Shown here one piece after another: positions 55,391 through 64,000 of a stretch of DNA of 64,000 nt. The notes under the pieces were generated by a model. The model worked only from the letters and a program-made list of their open reading frames with translations, made no database searches and was not told the origin of the DNA. This DNA is from the human T2T-CHM13v2.0 reference genome, Homo sapiens, in NCBI RefSeq assembly GCF_009914755.1, contig NC_060940.1; one strand, 5' to 3'. A program made the translations under genes and the position numbers. The first letter of the stretch is position 1. Each line of letters begins with the position of its first letter.

Positions 55391-56099
55391 TTCGTTGTTA
55401 CTGCCTCACAGGGTTATGGTAAAGATGGGGTGGGTTTCTGTTTGTCTGCAAAGCCCTTATCCAAAGTCCCAACACGTAGCAAGCCCTCTGTAAATATCAG
55501 TCGTATAATCAGGAATTTAGTAAACAAGTCCAATGCCCCTCACTCCACCCCCGCAGCAATGTAATAGATGTCAGTCAATCCCTTTTTTGGGTCTTTTCAG
55601 AACAAAAACCCCTGTTCTCTCCTCCAGTGGGGTCTCCCTGGGCTAACTGAACCATCCTCCTGGTCTTAAACAGGAGGATTCCTGGAGCCAAGTGGGATCC
55701 TTCTCCTGCACCACGAGGGCCCAGGGGCCAGGTAACATACTGTCTGGCTAATCTGGAGCCAAGCAGAAACTGGCACAGAGGACATCCACAGGCTTACTGC
55801 ATTTCCTTCCCCTGTAAAAGAACCCTACGGTCCAGCCCAGCAAGCACCTCTCTTTGACCAGCTAATAAGGTTATAAAAAAACTTATGTATCTGACTTTAA
55901 TAATGGTATTAAACCCAGTAATCTGACTTTAATAGTGGTATGCCAAGGCAAACATGGTCCTAGCAGGGACCAGGAGCGAGGGCAGGTGAGGGTACACATC
56001 TGAGGCTGAGCGACACCTCCTATATGAAGTTGATTCATGTTGGAGCAAATCCGGGCAGGGACCAGCTGATTCAGGCAGTTAAGTTATTGCTCTGCCAGT

Positions 56100-56375
56100 T
56101 TAATATTTCGCCATCTGCTAACTGAAGGCTCTACTGCCTGCTGGGTCCTATAAAGACTTTTATTTATTATACTACACATGGCAACATCTGCCACCAGGAT
56201 GAGGCTCTACTCGGCGCCCTAATTAAACAAACACACACTTCAGTGACAGCAGAGGGCCGGGTCTCGCTGTGAGCCGAACTGTTGCTGGGAGTTAAAAACT
56301 TGGAGTGTCCCATCCTGAAGAGCCTTTGCTGAGAAAAGGTAGCATGAGTCATTCACCTCCTGGTGGCCACTAAAG
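56100..56375. promoter_or_regulatory. Candidate enhancer/insulator motif cluster
   Basis: CTCF-like motifs at 56108-56122 (-), 56244-56260 (+) and 56353-56370 (-); AP-1 TGAGTCA 56345-56351; TAATTAAACAAACA near 56220. Confidence 0.35.
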
Positions 56376-56643
56376 ATTTACAGGTGATTTAAAGCAGGCT
56401 GGAAAAAAAAAATTAAAAGGCTGGGTGTTTATCTCCCCTAACCTGCCTCTCACTCCCAAACAGAACTTGAGTTTCAGGGCTTGGTTTGGCCAACGGTCAG
56501 AATTCCTGCTTCACACTGTCACATGAGCCCCTGCCCTTCAATCTCCGTGCACACTCTCAGAAACAAGCCCTGCAGATGAAGAAAATGAATGTCAAAGTTT
56601 CCATTCAATTTTTCATTCATGCATGCATTAAAAAAATATGGAG

Positions 56644-57125
56644 TCATTCTACTATAAAGACACACGCCCACGTAAGTTTATTGCGGCACTGGTCACAACA
56701 GTAAAGACTTGGAACCAACCCAAATGCCCATCAGTGATAGACTGGATAAAGAAATGTGACACATATACACTATGGAATACTATGCAGCTATAAAAATGGA
56801 GGAATTCATGTCCTTTGCAGGGACATGGATGAAGCTGGAAACCATCATTCTCAACAAACTAACACAAGAACAGAAGACCAAATACCACATGTTCTCACTC
56901 ACAAGTGGGAACTGAACAATGAGAACACATGGACACAGGGAGGGGAACATCACACACCAGGGCCTGTTGGTGGGGTGGGGGGCTGGGGAGGGAGAGCATT
57001 AGGAGAAATACTTACTGTAGTTGATAGGTGCAGCAAACCACCATGGCACGTATATACCTACGTAACAAACCTGCACGTTCTGCACACGTACCCCAGAACT
57101 TAAAGTATAATTAATAAATGAATAA
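56644..57125 (+). mobile_element. L1PA7/8-like 3' end
   Basis: tcattctactataaagacaca...gaagctggaaaccatcattctca...ccccagaacttaaagtataa. Confidence 0.93.
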
Positions 57126-57323
57126 AGAAGGAGTATGTGCTACATAACCCGTACTCTAGCAGGTGAGCTGGTAAATAAGATAGACATTTGTGTCTTCATA
57201 AAAGCCCCATTTGACTAAGTCAAGAGGACACATAAATGGATAAGATAATTGCAGATCGTGCTGAGTGTTAGGCAGCAAATAAAGAGGGCGATATATATAT
57301 TAGATACTGGGCTGGCATACAGG

Positions 57324-57978
57324 TATATTAGTTTCTTATTGTTGCTGGAACAAGTTACCACAAATTTAGTGGCTTAAAACAATACAAACGTATTATCTTA
57401 CAGTTCTGTACTTCAGAAGTCCAACATGGGCTAAAATTACTGAGCTAAAATCAAGGCACTGGGCAAAGATCAAGATGTCAGCAGGGCTGCTCCTTCTGGA
57501 AGCTCTAGAGAACATCCATTTTCTTGCTTTTTCCAGCTTCTAAAGGCTGCCTGCTTTCTTTGGCTTGTGGCCCCTTCCTCCATCTTCAAGGGCAGTAACA
57601 TACCTGTTTCCGTCATCACACTCCTACCTTTGACTCTTCGATTCTGCCTCTCTCTTCCACTTTTAAAGATCTTTATGATTCCTTTGGGTCCAACCAGATA
57701 TTCCAGGAATAGCTCCCTAAGGTCAGCTGATTAGTAAACTTAATTTCGCCTGCTGCCTTAATTGCCCTTTGCCATGTCACTTAACATACTCTTGGGTTCC
57801 AGGGATGAGGATGAATTTCAAAGTTCCCATTCAATTTTTCATTCATATATGCATTCAATAAATATTGAGTATGTGCTACATAATCCATACTGTAGCAGGT
57901 GAGCTGGTAAATAAGACAGATGTTTCTGTCTTCATAAAAACCACATCTTTGCGGGGTGTCATTATTCTGCTGAACACA
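57324..57978 (-). mobile_element. MLT1D solo LTR carrying a ~136-bp foreign insert at 57811-57946
   Basis: tatattagtttc...ttaccacaaatttagtggcttaaaac...gggttccagggatgaggatg [insert] acatctttgcggggtgtcattattctgctgaacaca. Confidence 0.88.
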
Positions 57979-58289
57979 GTGGACAAGAAACTACTTTAGA
58001 TAGCGTGGTCCTCAGGAGGGCTTCTCTGAAATGTGATCATGAGAAAGGGTTGCAAGCAGAAGGAAAAGGAAGTATGAAGATCCAGAGGCAGGAGAGAATT
58101 TAGAATGGCTTTGGTACTGAAGGGAAACTAGTCATGGGCTTAGGAGTCAGAGAGTCATGGGCAAGGGAAAAGTGGCCCCAGATGAAGCTGAAGGGGTGAA
58201 AAAGGGAGGAATCAGATCACCTAGAGTCTTGTGTGCCTTGCAGAGGCAGCTTGGTGCAATGATCAAAAGCCCAGACATTGGAAGGGAAC

Positions 58290-58500
58290 TTACTTTCACT
58301 TAACACCTAATTTTTACCAGACCCTGTGCCAGGACCTTTAAATAGATTATCTCATTTAGTTCCTGGAACAAGTACATGAAATATGCATTGCAATTCCCAT
58401 TTTGCAGATGAGAAAGTAGTGACTTAAACAACTAAATTATAAAGACACACTGATGTGAATTCTGAAATATCTGGCTCAGAGCCCTTGCTTTCTCCACCAC
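58290..58500 (-). mobile_element. MIR
   Basis: ccagaccctgtgccagg...atctcatttagttcct...cccattttgcagatgagaaa. Confidence 0.7.
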
Positions 58501-58758
58501 TCAAGGCTCCTGTCCAAATGATTTTGCCTTCCGTGCATGTGTGATTATGCAGCCAGGATCCTCTATCTTCTTTTTTCTCATTTAACTTGATAGACAGACT
58601 GCAGAACCTCAAAATCACCTGCAGTGGAGTGTCCCACTGAATTTGTGTTTTGCTTACCGCTTTATCAAGAGGTACATGAAATTCCTCTTGCCTGCTCTAA
58701 AGAGGTTGGATCATCAGTGAGACTGAACCTATAAGCTCTCCAGTCCCACTAGGGAGGA

Positions 58759-59273
58759 TGCATGTTATTTAGGACACCAGCTGAGTTGCTGGTACAAGAG
58801 ATCCAAAAACACAGTGACTCAGGCCAAGTAGGAATCTACTTCTCTTTCACAGATTGGTCCAGAGGTACATAGTCTAGGGCTGCCATAGTTTCTTTGCCCC
58901 TTGCAATCAGTCATCTAGGGATCTGGTTCCTTGCATTTTAATGTTCTTCTTTCCTCTGAAGTATTGTCCTCATCCACATGGTTGAAGTAGACTTGCCAGA
59001 ACTCCGTCAAATTCCAACGTGTAGAAAGAGGAAATAGAGAATGAAAGGCAAGTATTTTCCTTTCCAGTGCTGTGACTTGAAGCTGCACGCATCCGTTCTG
59101 CTCACACCCTGGAGGCAGTAATTTAGTTGCGTGTCCACACACAGTTGCAAGAGAAGCTAAGAAAGGTAGTCTCTACCTAGATGGTCACATACAGAGTGAA
59201 AGCTTGAGAAGTTCTACTGCTAACAAAATGAAAGAGAAAATAAATACTGGAGAAAAATTAGCACTCTGCCACA
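58759..59273 (-). mobile_element. MLT1J-like LTR
   Basis: aaaacacagtgactca...agtctagggctg...gttgcaagagaagctaagaaaggtagtctcta...ctctgccaca; TSD gagga / aagga. Confidence 0.75.
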
Positions 59274-60475
59274 AAGGATGACTGCCCTTTTGGTTTATCT
59301 AAAGTCCAGGCATTCTTTGCCTGCTGGATATGGTTTGTAGAATTTTTAGAACGAATAAATCTCTATTGTTCAGAAAAGAGAACCAAATTAATTTCTTTTC
59401 TCTCTCAGGGGCTGAAAGTAAAAATGGCCTGATCCTGGGTAGGTCTCATTCACCTGCTGTCATTGGAAAAGGCATTGGAGTTGTGGGGACCACGGTGAGT
59501 GGATAAACAAACCTCATCCAGAACAGGACCTCTAAGAGGGGTTACCGTGAGAGTTACCAGCCTGCACTACATTGTAGCCCAGCAGCACTGGCTCCGTGTT
59601 CAACAGTGCCATCTTCTCTCAGTAGGAAACCCAAACAGGCTGACAAATACCAGCGCTTTTCCCTAATTGGGAGTACAAGTTGTGAGGACTCCTAATTATA
59701 CAAGAACCCTGGAACTGGAGCAGAAAGTCTCAATAAGGTAATTCAGGACTTCTGGCCAACCTGGAAGCTGGTAACTCAAGTACTCTTGATTAAATTTGGG
59801 GAAAAATAATTTAAATTCATGATAGTACTTGCTCTTGAGGTATTAGTAGAAATGCTATTTCTGTCAATAAACAAAAGAGTTTTTTTAAAAATAAAAAAAA
59901 TCCCCTGAATATATCCTCAAACGTGATGCCAAAGCAAAGATTGATAAAATGCCAAAGATCTGGCTAAAAAAGATGCAAAGAATTCATGGAAGAGCCAATG
60001 TGACCCACTAAAACCACTCTAAGTGCAATTTTTGAATAAAATCCCACTTAAATGATTGTTTACCTGAGGTCAACGGAGGACCAGGGCAGTCCCAATGAGT
60101 AAGGGACTTAACATGGGCCACGGGGGTACATATTGATGACAGGAATCGCCTGACAATCACTAAGCTGATGGCCTGTTCTCCATATGTTCCTCATCTCTCC
60201 ACCTAAATTTAATGTATCCAACTTTTTGGAATCCTTCCTCTTAGTCTTGCATTCTGTATGTATATGAGGAAGGTAAGGAACTAGGGGTTGCCTAGGAGGG
60301 ATGGAGAAGGATAAATGCAAAAATAACACTGAAGCGATGGCCTTGCAGCCAGATGACATTTTAGGTAGATCCGCACAAATGCCTACAAATGAAACTCCAG
60401 GGCCTCAAATGCTTCATCTGTGAAATGGGATGATTACTTGAATCACCGATATAAATTATGTGTTCTAGGAACAAA

Positions 60476-60805
<330 letters not shown>

Positions 60806-61515
60806 TCAAGAATAGTGTCCCTGAGGAGGCAGCATTTGAGGAGGGTGTAGAAGGAGGGGAGGGATTTTGATGGGCAGAGACGGTGTAGAAGTGTAGGAGA
60901 ATTGTGGGAAGTAGATTGTGTGGAAGGCCTCCCCCAGCTTTTATCTCCTCAACAGTGAAGTGGGTTACAAGATTATTTTGCAAGTTAGAAATAATGTTTG
61001 TGGAACACACAGGACAGTGTGTGACATTAAAAAAATAAATCAAGTGATTATGATTAAATTAACAACTAGTCACTGACTGTGACAAGGTTGGGGAATCTGA
61101 GACTCCTATGTAAGGCTAGTTATTTTGAAGGAAGACAATGCTGGTGGTGTCTTAGGCTCCTAATGGAGGCAAATGAAAATTCTCTCTGTGTGAAAGCATT
61201 TTCTACTTGGGTCATAAGAATTTCCATAGATTAAGATCAAGCCTCTGTAAGCTTATAATCAAAGGCCACCAAACTCATTAGGAAATAAGCCACCATGAGG
61301 GAGAATCAGCAGAATTAATAAACAACAAATTTTTACTCCCACAAACTTCAGATACTGGAACCATTGAAATAATCAGATACATAATATAAAATCATTCTGA
61401 TTAAAATATTTAAACGAATAAAAGATGGAATTAGAAAAATGGGAAAATAATCAACGTTTATAAAAAAATTATGAGGTATAGTTGAAAAATGATCAAATAA
61501 AAATTTTGGAAATCA

Positions 61516-61752
<237 letters not shown>

Positions 61753-61903
61753 TTAAAAATAGCAGGAAAGAGAATTAGAACTTGAAGATATGTCTAAAGA
61801 AATTATCTAGGGTGCAACAACACAAATAGATTAGGTGATTAAAACTATTAAAGAGAAGTTAGGAGATACAGAGGACAGAAAGAAACAGACTAATGTATGT
61901 CTA

Positions 61904-62677
<774 letters not shown>

Positions 62678-63620
62678 AGATAGACAGATAGATAGATCAT
62701 CATATACACTAACACACACATAAAATCTTCAGGTCCAAGCACAGCATATATAAGCAAGATGAATGCAAAGAAATTCATAGCTAGACATATTGCAGTGAAA
62801 CCACAGAACATCAAAGACAGAGAAGACTTAAAAGCTCACAGGGGAAAGGGGCAGATAACCTTCAAAAACACTACATTTAGATCACCACCTGAGTTTTCAG
62901 GCAAAGCAATAGAAGCCAAAAGACTCTGGAATAACATCTCCAAAATTCTAAAAGAAAACAACCATCATTCTAGAATTGCGCTTCAGGCAAATGTGTCTTT
63001 TAAGAATGAGTGTGAAATGATGACACTTCCATATAAACAAAAACTGAGAGATTTTTACCACTGATAAATTCCCACTAAAAGAATACTAAAAAAAAAAAAA
63101 AAAAGCCCAGAAAAAAAAATTTCGAGTGTAAGAATAGTTAGCAAGTAAGCTTACAAACTGAGAGATAAATCTAAAACATTATCTGTGTAAAATATTAATA
63201 GTAACAATCTGATTTGTGAGAATTTAAGATGAGATTGAAACTACTGACAACATTGACATTTAAGTAATGGGGAAGTCATTGACATTAAAGTATCATAAAG
63301 TCCTTATAGTATTTGGAAGGGGAAGTTAAGATATTTATGGGCTTTCAATTTTCCTTGATACACACAATAAAATTTCAAGGGAGAGATGATAGAAAAGAGG
63401 TTTTAAATTTTTGGAATTTTAGAATTTTTAGAATCTTAATATTTGAATTTGGAATTTTAGAATTCCAACAAGTAAAGGGAAAAGCAGAGTTTGAAAACAA
63501 AACAAAAACAAACAAAAAACCTCAATTTAAAGAAAAGAAAGAAAAGAAGCATGAAGAAAAATGGAATAAATCTTAGAAACCATATAGTGTGAACAAAGCA
63601 AGTCTTAAAATATTATTTAA

Positions 63621-63917
<297 letters not shown>

Positions 63918-64000
63918 TTAAGGTATGAGACCATCTTTATAAAGCTCAAAAGCAAGCAAAACTGATAAAGCTTTGTGGTAAAGCTAATAAAGCAAAGAAA

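Noticed and set aside
62759-63064. L1 ORF1p-like ORF as a domesticated gene
   Set aside because: Only a 101-aa remnant; the upstream ORF1 sequence is broken by stops, two Alus and a Tigger3a.

Overview
Primate, most likely human, non-coding genomic DNA. It contains about 25 Alu/FLAM copies (J, S and Y types, many with target-site duplications, TSDs), several 5'-truncated L1 pieces, many MaLR/ERV solo LTRs, hAT and Tigger DNA-transposon fossils, abundant MIR and L2, and several microsatellites. I found no credible protein-coding gene, RNA gene or CRISPR array. The only ORF with real protein homology is a decayed L1 ORF1p fragment (62759-63064), and I cannot name the locus. I see no evidence of a new biological system. 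The most interesting signals are: (1) an Alu reduced to its tail and fused to a templated copy of a nearby inverted Alu's flank (~26.0 kb); (2) a 136-bp templated insertion inside an MLT1D LTR that preserves the empty pre-insertion site of a neighbouring L1 (~56.6-57.9 kb); (3) a twin-primed, 5'-inverted old L1 (47.2-49.6 kb); (4) an ~800-bp AT-rich tract of nested palindromes (30.7-31.5 kb); (5) CpG-retaining unique segments with a promoter/first-exon-like layout and an extended CTCF motif (~34.7-35.0 kb), other enhancer-like blocks and a few candidate non-coding exons. Repeat subfamily calls come from my recall of consensus sequences, and the boundaries of old repeats are approximate.
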